Under the pieces are notes generated by a model that ran no database searches, was not told where the DNA came from, and saw nothing but the letters and a program-made list of their open reading frames with translations. Shown piece after piece: positions 19,514-28,597 of a stretch of DNA of 64,000 nt. How positions within the stretch are numbered: position 1 is the first letter of the stretch; each line of letters starts with the position of its first letter. The stretch is from Chitinophaga pinensis (GTDB lineage: Bacteria > Bacteroidota > Bacteroidia > UBA4408): the NCBI GenBank assembly GCA_945861665.1, contig CAMAVS010000007.1, forward strand, positions 7,277 to 71,276. Direction: 5' to 3'. The position numbers and the translations under genes were made by a program.

Positions 19514-22289
19514 CTTTTGTAATGGTATACTTTATTTTTGCACCATAAATTGCTGTGTGAGAGAGAGGATTGGTATACGTAACGGCACTATACCGTATCC
19601 AATATTTGTAAACTCCTGTTTCAATAATTGGGTTAGTTATGGAATTTGTTGTTTGGGTAGTTTGCCCAGCATTAAAAACTGCTGAAGTTGAAACTGTTGC
19701 CATAGTTATTGTAGTTCCTCCGGCCGTTGCGCGTACAAGTTCAGCGGTATTGCCAAATAATATAGTATTGTCAGAAAAAGTTGCTTCAAAATCAGTTACA
19801 GTAGCTGAATCTGGCAAATAAATTGGTGCCGATAAATAAACAATTTGACCGGCATTTCCAGTAACTGATTTCGCCCAAACCCATAATTGAGAAGGGTCAC
19901 TAGTAATATCAAAGATATCATTGTTGGCACCCGCCTCAACAAATGCAATACAAGGAACGGAAATAGCTTTTGCTTTTATATTCCTAAACCTGTAATCACT
20001 TACAGCATCAATTTTAATGTTACCGCCAACAACATCAAGTTTTGCCGATGGGGCAATGATGCCAATACCAACATTGCCATCAAAGTACGCTGCAGAACTG
20101 GAGGCTCCTTGTTTTGCATACAATGCTGTCCAAAGGCCTGCCCGATTAGCAAGTACAGCAAACTCTGTATTCAACAACGGTCCACCTGCTGGATAGAGGG
20201 CGCGAATAGCACTATTTCCAGAAGACCCTGCCGTGGAGGATACATCCAACATATGGCCATTAGGGTTTGTAGTCCCAATACCCACCCTTCCATTATTATC
20301 AATTATCATTTTATTAAGAACCCCATTTAGTCCGTGAAAAGAAATTGTATCGGCATTTAATTTTATTCTTTGTGTGGTTTCTAAAATAATATGTCCTCCC
20401 GAATTTTGGTTTTCCACCATCAAACGATTCATAGGGGAAGGAACAAAAGATAATTTTGCTGCCATATTTGAACTTTTTAGTAAAACCGTACTTGGGCTAT
20501 TAACTGTGTTGTAAATTAATACACTGGTACCAAATATATTTGAACCATTAAAACGACCAACCGTTGTATCGCTAACTGTACCAACAACAGACAATGGAGC
20601 TAATGGACTCGTTGTTCCTATACCAACCCTTCCTATACCATTTAAACCAGGAGCGGGACTTATGTGCATTGTAGGGACATTAGAACCCATTCCGAATTGA
20701 ATTGAATTTGGAATGGTATTGCTAAGAGGTAAAATAGCACTAATGCCGCTTCCTATTACACAATTATTTGGAGCACTAGTTATTACATTTACTCCTAAGG
20801 CAATCGCATTATTAGCATTTGAAACAGCATTTGCTCCAATTGCTACAGAGCCTTGGTTATTTGCTTTTGAGAAAAATCCGAAGGAATAAGAAAAAAGTCC
20901 TAATGCTTCGGACCTATAACCAATTGCCATGGAATTTACACCGGTAGCTTTTGTTTTTGAACCAATAGCAATTGAGGCAAGGCCACTTGCGGTTGGAGTA
21001 TTACCTAAAGCAATTGAAGAGTCGCCACTAGCTGTAGGATTGTATCCAAGCGCTGCTGAATACCCCCCTAAAGATGCATCGTTCCATTGCGTACCATTAA
21101 CAGCTCCTGCTCTAAATGCTGATTTTTTGGGATACCAAATCATCCAACTTCCTGCATTAGCATCCCATGGTGTTCCAGCTCCATGTGTTCCTCTAAACCA
21201 AATCCCATCATTGCCTGAAACTTGTAAATTAGGTACAACACTAACATTACCCCCTATATGAATTTTATCGGTTATGTTATTTGGGTATAATGTTCCGCTT
21301 ATGTTCTTCCATAAACTTGTTCCTCCGGGTAAATCAGAAGCTTTTATTGAGTCTGCTATAAAATAACTTCCATTTGCTCTTAAATACTTCCCGGCAACAG
21401 CAGTTCCATTATACTTATACCCTAATGTTGTGTTTGCTCCACCAACAACATCTAACTGCTGAACAGGTGCATTATTATTAATTCCAACTTTGTCACCAAG
21501 GTTTGCAGGATAAATATTCGTTCCAGATCTAGTCCAGGGGGGAAACGCAATTGCTGCAGGTAAATCAGCTAATTTAATAGAGTCTGCGATAAAATAAGAA
21601 CCATTTCCTCGTAAGTATTTTCCGGTAACTGCCGAATTTTTATATTTATAACCATTCAATGTGTTTACATAACTTCCTGCACTTATTTTGCTATTTGACA
21701 TAATGGAGTCTGTAGCATGAATGTCGCCAGTTACATCTAATTTGGAGGTAGGGCTATTACCAATACCAACATTTTGGTTAATGTCAATCCGCATTGCTTC
21801 GAGGCTGTTTGTTTTAAAAATTAAAGGATTTAAGTTAATTGTCCCTAAATAATCATTCGCTTCTGTAACATTTCCACTTCTATTCCAACCTAAGAAAGAA
21901 GCGTAACTGAAAAGGGAAAATGGAACTGCTTCGAATTGCGTTTTGGGCCCCATAGTCATATAAGAAACTCCTCCTGCAGTGTCAACAGACACCTCTAGGT
22001 CTATCCCGAAATCCCAAGGGAGAACTGCAAATTGCAACGGAGCTTGACTCCCAAGAACATATGTAAAAAGTCCAAACTTATTTGTTGTAGTATTTATAGT
22101 TTCGTTATAGACAGATAGCCCTGAAACGTGATTAAATAATTCAAACTTTACTCCAATATTTTGAGCATCGAAACCCTTTCCATTCGCATCTCTTACCACT
22201 CCTTGATAATTGAAACCATTAAACGGAAATTGAGCAAAACTTGCAATTGAAATTGCAGAAAAAAGAAGTACTAATAATTTAAATTTCAT
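19506..22289 (-). CDS. large secreted fibre-like protein (phage tail-fibre-like Gly/Thr-rich beta repeats), no T9SS CTD
   Basis: 927 aa; signal peptide; N-terminal domain paralogous to 22294-23589 product; duplicated ~35-aa segment (…NSAVTGKYLRGNGSYFIADSIKLADLP… / …GTAVAGKYLRANGSYFIADSIKASDLP…); recurring VGIGTTxPxxKLDVxG motifs; 8-nt overlap with downstream type-B CTD gene. Confidence 0.6.
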   Translation of the reverse strand: MKFKLLVLLFSAISIASFAQFPFNGFNYQGVVRDANGKGFDAQNIGVKFELFNHVSGLSVYNETINTTTNKFGLFTYVLGSQAPLQFAVLPWDFGIDLEVSVDTAGGVSYMTMGPKTQFEAVPFSLFSYASFLGWNRSGNVTEANDYLGTINLNPLIFKTNSLEAMRIDINQNVGIGNSPTSKLDVTGDIHATDSIMSNSKISAGSYVNTLNGYKYKNSAVTGKYLRGNGSYFIADSIKLADLPAAIAFPPWTRSGTNIYPANLGDKVGINNNAPVQQLDVVGGANTTLGYKYNGTAVAGKYLRANGSYFIADSIKASDLPGGTSLWKNISGTLYPNNITDKIHIGGNVSVVPNLQVSGNDGIWFRGTHGAGTPWDANAGSWMIWYPKKSAFRAGAVNGTQWNDASLGGYSAALGYNPTASGDSSIALGNTPTASGLASIAIGSKTKATGVNSMAIGYRSEALGLFSYSFGFFSKANNQGSVAIGANAVSNANNAIALGVNVITSAPNNCVIGSGISAILPLSNTIPNSIQFGMGSNVPTMHISPAPGLNGIGRVGIGTTSPLAPLSVVGTVSDTTVGRFNGSNIFGTSVLIYNTVNSPSTVLLKSSNMAAKLSFVPSPMNRLMVENQNSGGHIILETTQRIKLNADTISFHGLNGVLNKMIIDNNGRVGIGTTNPNGHMLDVSSTAGSSGNSAIRALYPAGGPLLNTEFAVLANRAGLWTALYAKQGASSSAAYFDGNVGIGIIAPSAKLDVVGGNIKIDAVSDYRFRNIKAKAISVPCIAFVEAGANNDIFDITSDPSQLWVWAKSVTGNAGQIVYLSAPIYLPDSATVTDFEATFSDNTILFGNTAELVRATAGGTTITMATVSTSAVFNAGQTTQTTNSITNPIIETGVYKYWIRYSAVTYTNPLSHTAIYGAKIKYTITKVD

Positions 22290-22293
22290 GTTT

Positions 22294-23589
22294 TTATAGT
22301 TCGTAAGTGATTAGAATTGTAAAGGTTTTACTATATATTGCGCTTGAATTTGATATAGTATTTTGAACATCAATGGTTCCTGTGGCATTATTTATATAAT
22401 AGTTGTATTCAGTAGCTCCAATGTTATTTGAAGGTGGGATAAATAAATTTCCAGTGGCTACAAGAATACTAACAGATAATATTTTGCTAGATGTTACTCC
22501 GTGAAATATCGTTACAGTGCCACCTGAAACGCCAGAAGTGGTTCCTGTAATTTTTTTTGTTTGAATAGCCGGAGCACCGTTACCCAGACTTGTATAATTA
22601 TACATTGTTGCATTTCCTGCTGCATCTATAGACATTCTATTTGCGCCACTTGTTCCTAAATAAAGTGGAGTTGCATCATAATTTAATATGCTCACAGCAA
22701 TATTACTGTAATCTAACCGGAAATTAGCACCACCAGTTCTGCTCAATTTTATTTGCGGGTTGTTTACGTCAAACACATCTAATTTCGCAGTAGGTGTACT
22801 TGTTCCTATTCCAACATTTAAACCATTATTAAACACATTGCTATTATTTACTACCCAAATAGATCCATTCCAATAAGGTGTATTTCCCGCAATCATACCA
22901 TTTGGCAATAACCCCGTTATACCTTGAACTCCTTGAATTCCTTGAAGGCCCTGAAACCCTTGCAATCCCTGGATCCCTAGTGGGCCTTGTATCCCTTGTA
23001 TTCCCTGTATTCCCTGTGGACCCTGAGGTCCAACAGGGCCAACCAAACTAACACCCTGAGGCCAAGAGCCAACCGTTTTTGGTCCGTAAAATGTATTGGT
23101 TAATACATCAATGTAAAAATCGCCATCATTACCTGTACCCTGTAAAGGTGATATGTTACCACTTATAATTGTATTTGCATTAACGCCACCAGCCGAAGCT
23201 GCATATAAGGCATATGGTACCGACTGAAAAGGCTGAGCTGCGCCTAAAGGAACAAAATTAGTCCCACCTGCAATTGTATCAATATATACTTGTATAGAAT
23301 GTATCCCTGACGACCAATTGATTTGTTGGAAAGACGGATTGTTCTGGCTTCCTAACACTACGGTAAATAACCCAAAAGCATTTGTTGTAATAAGTCCTAC
23401 ATGCTGCTCTGTAAATTCAATCGCATTGGCATTATCCAAAATCTCAAATTTGATACTTATAGACTGAGCAGACAGCGCTTTCTTGTTTGCATCTCTGGCA
23501 ATTCCTTGATAATTTATTCCTTGGGGTGGCGCTTGCGCTAATACAAAAGTTGAAAATGCAAAAAACAATAATGTTAAATTCTGTTTCAT
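22294..23589 (-). CDS. collagen-like (GXY triple-helix repeat) secreted protein, no T9SS CTD
   Basis: 431 aa; signal peptide; N-terminal domain paralogous to the 927-aa protein (…[13 protein letters not shown]…[11 protein letters not shown]…); uninterrupted G-X-Y tract [45 protein letters not shown]; 4-nt gap to next gene. Confidence 0.65.
   Translation of the reverse strand: MKQNLTLLFFAFSTFVLAQAPPQGINYQGIARDANKKALSAQSISIKFEILDNANAIEFTEQHVGLITTNAFGLFTVVLGSQNNPSFQQINWSSGIHSIQVYIDTIAGGTNFVPLGAAQPFQSVPYALYAASAGGVNANTIISGNISPLQGTGNDGDFYIDVLTNTFYGPKTVGSWPQGVSLVGPVGPQGPQGIQGIQGIQGPLGIQGLQGFQGLQGIQGVQGITGLLPNGMIAGNTPYWNGSIWVVNNSNVFNNGLNVGIGTSTPTAKLDVFDVNNPQIKLSRTGGANFRLDYSNIAVSILNYDATPLYLGTSGANRMSIDAAGNATMYNYTSLGNGAPAIQTKKITGTTSGVSGGTVTIFHGVTSSKILSVSILVATGNLFIPPSNNIGATEYNYYINNATGTIDVQNTISNSSAIYSKTFTILITYEL
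22915..23050. repeat. 9-bp-periodic collagen-like (GXY)n coding repeat
   Basis: cttgaactccttgaattccttgaaggccctgaaacccttgcaatccctgg… on + strand = (GIQ/GLQ)n codons on minus strand. Confidence 0.7.
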
Positions 23590-23656
23590 ATAAATTATCT
23601 CGTTATTTCTACCCAGCCCTTTTTAGAATTGGTATTGTTATTTTTAGTTATAAGTA

Positions 23657-23983
23657 TTAATTCATAAAGACTATTACATATTTACTAATAGATCCTCCAT
23701 TTTCTGTAGCTTTACGATTGGAATATGAAAGTGTTTGAGTTGCTTCAAATGAGCACCACAAATCTTTGGATTGAGCATGTTTTACTCCCTGTGCTGCAAA
23801 AGCATTATTGCCAATTTCAACAAGGAGGAAGGTTGGTGCTCCGAAAAGTTCCGGTATAGGGAGATTCATTAAACCCTTTTCACTGCAAGGGCTGCCACTG
23901 GGTGAAGGAACAGCAAATGCGCTTAAAAACGCAATACATAAGACACTTAACAGGGCAAAAGAAAAGTACTGCATTTTTCTCAT
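23657..23983 (-). CDS. small secreted hypothetical protein
   Basis: 108 aa; signal peptide; two Cys; 67 nt upstream of collagen-like gene, same strand. Confidence 0.35.
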   Translation of the reverse strand: MRKMQYFSFALLSVLCIAFLSAFAVPSPSGSPCSEKGLMNLPIPELFGAPTFLLVEIGNNAFAAQGVKHAQSKDLWCSFEATQTLSYSNRKATENGGSISKYVIVFMN

Positions 23984-24051
23984 TTAATTGCGCAATCAAT
24001 TCAGTTTACAAATTAAGGGAAATATACAAACAAATACAATTTTTTTGCTGA

Positions 24052-25851
24052 CTAATTGACTTTAAACCCTATAACTAAAATGTCGTCTACTTGCTCTTGT
24101 GCTCCTCTCCATTTTTCAATAATTGAGTCGAGGGTTGATTTTTGTTCATCAACCGATAATTGGTGCAATTCCATCAGCGTTCTGCGAAACTGATTCACCA
24201 TAAATTTTTTTCCTTTAGGTCCGCCAAACTGGGAAGCATAACCATCCGAGAAAACGTAAACACAGTCTCCTGTTTGAAGAGGAATAACGTGGTTGGTATA
24301 TGGCTTTGTATCTTCTCCTACATAATACCCTATAGGGAATTTATTCGCTTTGATTTCTATTAGTGTTCCATCTCTAATAATCAACAGTGGATTAAAAGCC
24401 CCTGCATATTGCAATTCCTTCTTTTTGTAATCAATAGTACACAGCGTAATGTCCATTCCATCTTTAGAAGTTGACCCTTTGTATGATTGGTGAAGTGTTT
24501 CATTCACACCAATATTTAAGGCATCCAAAATTTTTGCAGGCTCTGTAATTCCGCTATTATTTACAACATACTTAAGAATGTTAAAGCCTACTATACTCAT
24601 AAATGCTCCGGGAACACCGTGGCCAGTACAATCAACTGCTGCAAAAAGTGTTTTTCCATCCTTTTCTTCCATCCAATAAAAATCACCACTCACAATATCT
24701 TTGGGTTTATAAAGTATAAAAGAATTTGGCAGTAATTTTCTAACCAAATTCCGAGGAGGAAGAATAGCTTCCTGAATGCGTTTAGCATAAAAAATACTAT
24801 CGGTAACTTGTTTATAAAGCACCTCTAAAATTTCGGTTTTAGACTGGATTTCTTCTTTTTGTTTCACAACCTCCTCTGTTCTTTCAATCACCTTTGCTTC
24901 TAATAATTTTTCATTTTCAGCCAAATCGGTACGCATTTTTAATAATGCTTGACCAAGTTCATCTTCACCACTTAATGGATTATATTCTGACCCAAAATTT
25001 CCGGAACCAACTTGGTTTGCGAATTCTGTAGTGCTCCTCATTCCGTCCACTAAAAAATTTAAAGCTGTACCCATTTCTCCGATTTCATCGTTTCTGTTTT
25101 GAATTTTTTCAGTGGGCAATACCCCTTTACCCATTCCAAGCAAAATTCTCTTAAAGGAGTTAATTGGTTGGACGATTGAAATAACAGTAAAAAATGCAAT
25201 TAATATGCCTCCAACTGGAAGGGCAATGGTAAGAATCATTACTGCTAATTGTAAAAAATTTAGTGACTTGTTCATTTCATTACTCACGCTGTTTGCGAAA
25301 TTTTTTTGAATATCAATGATTTTTTCGAGGTTTGCTAATGTTCTTGTGGTGGATGAAAAAATGGGGCCCTCAGTTACCGATTCGCGCGATTGGAAAACAG
25401 CCAATGTATTATTTTCGCTATAATCTTCCATTTTATCGAGCTGCAACATCAGATCGTGGTACATGCTAAACAAAGAATCAATGGATAAAAAAACAGAATC
25501 GATTTGCATACGTTCAGCGTCTTTCCACTTATACGATATTCTTTGAAGTTGCTTTTTTTGTACAGGAAACAAATCGTCCATTAACAAGCGAAGTTCTTTT
25601 TTCTCTGCTTTATCGCTGCCACTGGCAACCCAAATCCAATTGTTGATAAGCCCCTTAGACTTCACTAACAACAATTTTAATTGCTGTAATGACGTTACAG
25701 ACGGAGAGAAAATATCGTTTATGTCATCGTTTATCTGTTTGCTTTTTTTGCTCGTTTGTTGGGTGAGAAGAAAAGCTCCTAACGTAAGAAATATCAAAAC
25801 ACCAAACCCAAGTCCGATTTTTCTCCCAATGCTGAATTTAAACTTTTTCAA
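24052..25851 (-). CDS. membrane sensor PP2C-type Ser/Thr phosphatase (periplasmic sensor - TM - HAMP - coiled coil - SpoIIE/PP2C)
   Basis: 599 aa; two TM segments flanking ~170-aa extracytoplasmic region, HAMP-like segment, C-terminal …DIVSGDFYWMEEKDGKTLFAAVDCTGHGVPGAFMSIVG… PP2C/SpoIIE catalytic motifs. Confidence 0.8.
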   Translation of the reverse strand: MKKFKFSIGRKIGLGFGVLIFLTLGAFLLTQQTSKKSKQINDDINDIFSPSVTSLQQLKLLLVKSKGLINNWIWVASGSDKAEKKELRLLMDDLFPVQKKQLQRISYKWKDAERMQIDSVFLSIDSLFSMYHDLMLQLDKMEDYSENNTLAVFQSRESVTEGPIFSSTTRTLANLEKIIDIQKNFANSVSNEMNKSLNFLQLAVMILTIALPVGGILIAFFTVISIVQPINSFKRILLGMGKGVLPTEKIQNRNDEIGEMGTALNFLVDGMRSTTEFANQVGSGNFGSEYNPLSGEDELGQALLKMRTDLAENEKLLEAKVIERTEEVVKQKEEIQSKTEILEVLYKQVTDSIFYAKRIQEAILPPRNLVRKLLPNSFILYKPKDIVSGDFYWMEEKDGKTLFAAVDCTGHGVPGAFMSIVGFNILKYVVNNSGITEPAKILDALNIGVNETLHQSYKGSTSKDGMDITLCTIDYKKKELQYAGAFNPLLIIRDGTLIEIKANKFPIGYYVGEDTKPYTNHVIPLQTGDCVYVFSDGYASQFGGPKGKKFMVNQFRRTLMELHQLSVDEQKSTLDSIIEKWRGAQEQVDDILVIGFKVN

Positions 25852-25880
25852 TTGTTCTCGTTGATAGAATTAATGCTAAA

Positions 25881-26792
25881 TTATTTTTTCTCTAATGCAA
25901 CCAACCTATTGTTGTACTCCTGCTTCTTTTCGTCATCCAATAGGGCTTGATAAATTTGCCTTAAACCAACTAATGTTTCACGTCTATTTGGTCTTAAATC
26001 GTCTGCTTTTAACATTAGAGGTAAACTATTTTTAAATATTTCAGATGTTTTATCCAATATATCTGTCATTATCAAAATATCCTCGTCAACAGGCATAGAA
26101 TTAATCATCTCAGCACCTTGATTATAATACAATATAGCTTGGTTAAAATTCGCATCGTAATTGTTTGAATCAATTGACAATACTTTATAATAATACTCTA
26201 TCGCTTGTTGGAAATGCTCCTCTAACACTTTTTTCAATACATCGTTTGGATTTTGAGTTATATTTTTTTCATATATGCCTTTATGAACTGAGGCTAAGGC
26301 ATTGTAAAACTCAATATCCTTTGTCTTAAAATCTGTGGATGGGTTAACGTATAATTGACATTGTTTATAATTATCCATCGAGATGATTGCATACGCAATA
26401 TTTGTGGAGTCTAAGAACTTTGCTGCATAATTGTTAAAGTAAACAGAAAGGTTATATATGCTCTTATTATTCTCTATACGATTTTCGGAGGAGGTGTCAA
26501 TTCTATTTGATTCTAAGAATGAATTGTAAGCCACTTCGCCAAGCCATTTAATATTTTTTGGTTCAGGGAAACTTTTTCGGAATACTTGACTGTAAACATA
26601 TCCTCTAATATACCAGGCCCTGCCATCATTGAAATAATCTGGCATAAGTACCGTAGAGTCGATTGATTGCATTGCTCTCGTTAGATCACCTTTTTCAACA
26701 TACGTAATCGCAATAGACACTTTATCTACCTGAGCGTTGGCAGTAAACACCACCAAGAACAGTATCGCAAATATGTATTTATTAAATCTCAT
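25881..26792 (-). CDS. TPR-like repeat secreted protein
   Basis: 303 aa; signal peptide; helical-repeat Tyr/Asn/Ala composition (…AILYYNQGAEM…YYKVLSIDSNNYDANFNQA…); 6-nt gap to DUF4154 gene. Confidence 0.4.
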   Translation of the reverse strand: MRFNKYIFAILFLVVFTANAQVDKVSIAITYVEKGDLTRAMQSIDSTVLMPDYFNDGRAWYIRGYVYSQVFRKSFPEPKNIKWLGEVAYNSFLESNRIDTSSENRIENNKSIYNLSVYFNNYAAKFLDSTNIAYAIISMDNYKQCQLYVNPSTDFKTKDIEFYNALASVHKGIYEKNITQNPNDVLKKVLEEHFQQAIEYYYKVLSIDSNNYDANFNQAILYYNQGAEMINSMPVDEDILIMTDILDKTSEIFKNSLPLMLKADDLRPNRRETLVGLRQIYQALLDDEKKQEYNNRLVALEKK

Positions 26793-26798
26793 TTCTAC

Positions 26799-27320
26799 TT
26801 ATTCAACTTTTATACTCAATGATTCCAAATTTGAACTCACTTTTAAACCATACTTTTCGGCATTCGCCTTATTTAGCTCAAATTTTTGTTTATTGTCCTT
26901 TACTACAAAATTTATTGCTGCACCTTGTTTAGCTAAGCCTGGTTTTTCTGTAACAAGCAACGTGTTACTTCCTTTGATCTTCAATAAAACATCTTTCATT
27001 GCATTCTTATAATCTTCTGAAACGTATAGAATATGACATTTTGAAATAGCCCCTGTATTATTAAACGTTTTTATTTCAAAAATCTGACTAGCTGCCTTTT
27101 TAGTTAGAGCCATATTGTTAAGTTCATTAATGATGGCAGAAGTTCCAAGAATTCCAATCACAAAATTGCCTTGCTTTTGGGAACCTGGCCACTCAATATA
27201 TTTTGTGAAATTATATACAAAAACAGCCTTAACTTTTGAGGTCGTATCATCTGCCCCTCTCGTAACTGTGGTGATAAAAATAATAACAAAAGAAATAACT
27301 ATTCTTAAGACTTTATTCAT
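26799..27320 (-). CDS. YfiR/DUF4154-like periplasmic protein
   Basis: 173 aa; signal peptide; …VFVYNFTKYIEWPG…GNFVIGILG…KCHILYVSE… resembles DUF4154 (YfiR family) core. Confidence 0.5.
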   Translation of the reverse strand: MNKVLRIVISFVIIFITTVTRGADDTTSKVKAVFVYNFTKYIEWPGSQKQGNFVIGILGTSAIINELNNMALTKKAASQIFEIKTFNNTGAISKCHILYVSEDYKNAMKDVLLKIKGSNTLLVTEKPGLAKQGAAINFVVKDNKQKFELNKANAEKYGLKVSSNLESLSIKVE

Positions 27321-27403
27321 TTTAGCTAAAACCCTTTCTCAAAAAAATAAAAGGGTCACAAATATATATTAAATATATTCCTTTTTTACTAGATTTTTAA
27401 CCC

Positions 27404-28480
27404 TTATTTATATTTTGCTGGACTTTTTTTGAAAAACTTTAAAAATCGATCAATTGAAATTTCTTTATCCAAAGCCTTACCATCTTGGATAAAAGTGCTG
27501 AAAACATGAGCCATTAGAGGTGCTATCATTATACCTTTTGTTCCCATTCCGTTAAATATTGCCACTTTATTTTCAATCGGGTGAAATCCCAATATTGGTC
27601 TGCGATCAATTACAGCCGGTCGTATGCCTGCATTTTGTGAAATTATCTCGTAAGGTGCTGTAATTACTTTATCTAATTTTTTAGTTAATTCAAGTCTTGC
27701 CATTTCTGTTGAAATTTCGTTTAAATCGTCCCACTCGTAAGTTGCTCCCACTTTGTATATGTCGTTTGAAATTGGCAATATAAACACCCCTTTGTTTACA
27801 ATGTCAGTTAAATTTAAACCGCTTGCTTTTATAGTAAGCAACTCTCCTTTTGCCAGTTTAAAAGGCAGCCAATTAAAAAATGGATTCTGAGTTACTTTAT
27901 GCCCTTCGCAAAAAATAATTTTTTTTGCACTAATTGTTTTGTAGCTTACTTTTTGCTCTGAAATAAATAAGGCATCAAAATCAAATTGCTCTTGTAAAAA
28001 GGCCTCTAATTTTTTTAAATGTTCACACGTACAATGTATAAATTTCGCTACATTCAACACTCCTCCTTTATTTACACTCGCAGTTCCAAAAGGGCTGACT
28101 AAGCTCTGGTACAATTGACTTGAAGGGGTGTTTAAATAATTTATTAACTCTTTTTCTAATACTTTCTTTTCCCAAAAATCGACTTCTTGTTGTTCTGCAA
28201 AAACTTTAACAATACTCTTCTTTTCGAGAAAATTACTTCCAAAGAGTTTTTCTATTTCATTGTAAAAATCTTCTGCAAAGGATATTAGTTCATCTGCTCT
28301 CCAACTTTTAACCAAGCGCTTAAACACAATAGGGTTATAAATTCCAGCTGCAATCAATGATGCCGAACTGGTTGGGGCATCGTCAATAACAACCACTTTA
28401 TACCCCACTTTTTGTAACATTAGCGATAATACCGAGCCCGCTATGCCTTGCCCAACTATAATAAAATCAACTGAATTCAA
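27404..28480 (-). CDS. FAD-dependent oxidoreductase (DAO family, MnmC-C-terminal-like)
   Basis: 358 aa; N-terminal Rossmann FAD motif DFIIVGQGIAGSVLSLML; no further specificity visible. Confidence 0.7.
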   Translation of the reverse strand: MNSVDFIIVGQGIAGSVLSLMLQKVGYKVVVIDDAPTSSASLIAAGIYNPIVFKRLVKSWRADELISFAEDFYNEIEKLFGSNFLEKKSIVKVFAEQQEVDFWEKKVLEKELINYLNTPSSQLYQSLVSPFGTASVNKGGVLNVAKFIHCTCEHLKKLEAFLQEQFDFDALFISEQKVSYKTISAKKIIFCEGHKVTQNPFFNWLPFKLAKGELLTIKASGLNLTDIVNKGVFILPISNDIYKVGATYEWDDLNEISTEMARLELTKKLDKVITAPYEIISQNAGIRPAVIDRRPILGFHPIENKVAIFNGMGTKGIMIAPLMAHVFSTFIQDGKALDKEISIDRFLKFFKKSPAKYK

Positions 28481-28597
28481 TTTCTGTTTTTATGAAACAA
28501 ATATATCACTTATACATTAACCCATATATTAAATTAAAGTCTTTTATGTTTTATATTCAAATTATTTTATCATTTTTGTAAAATAAACAAAAGTGCA

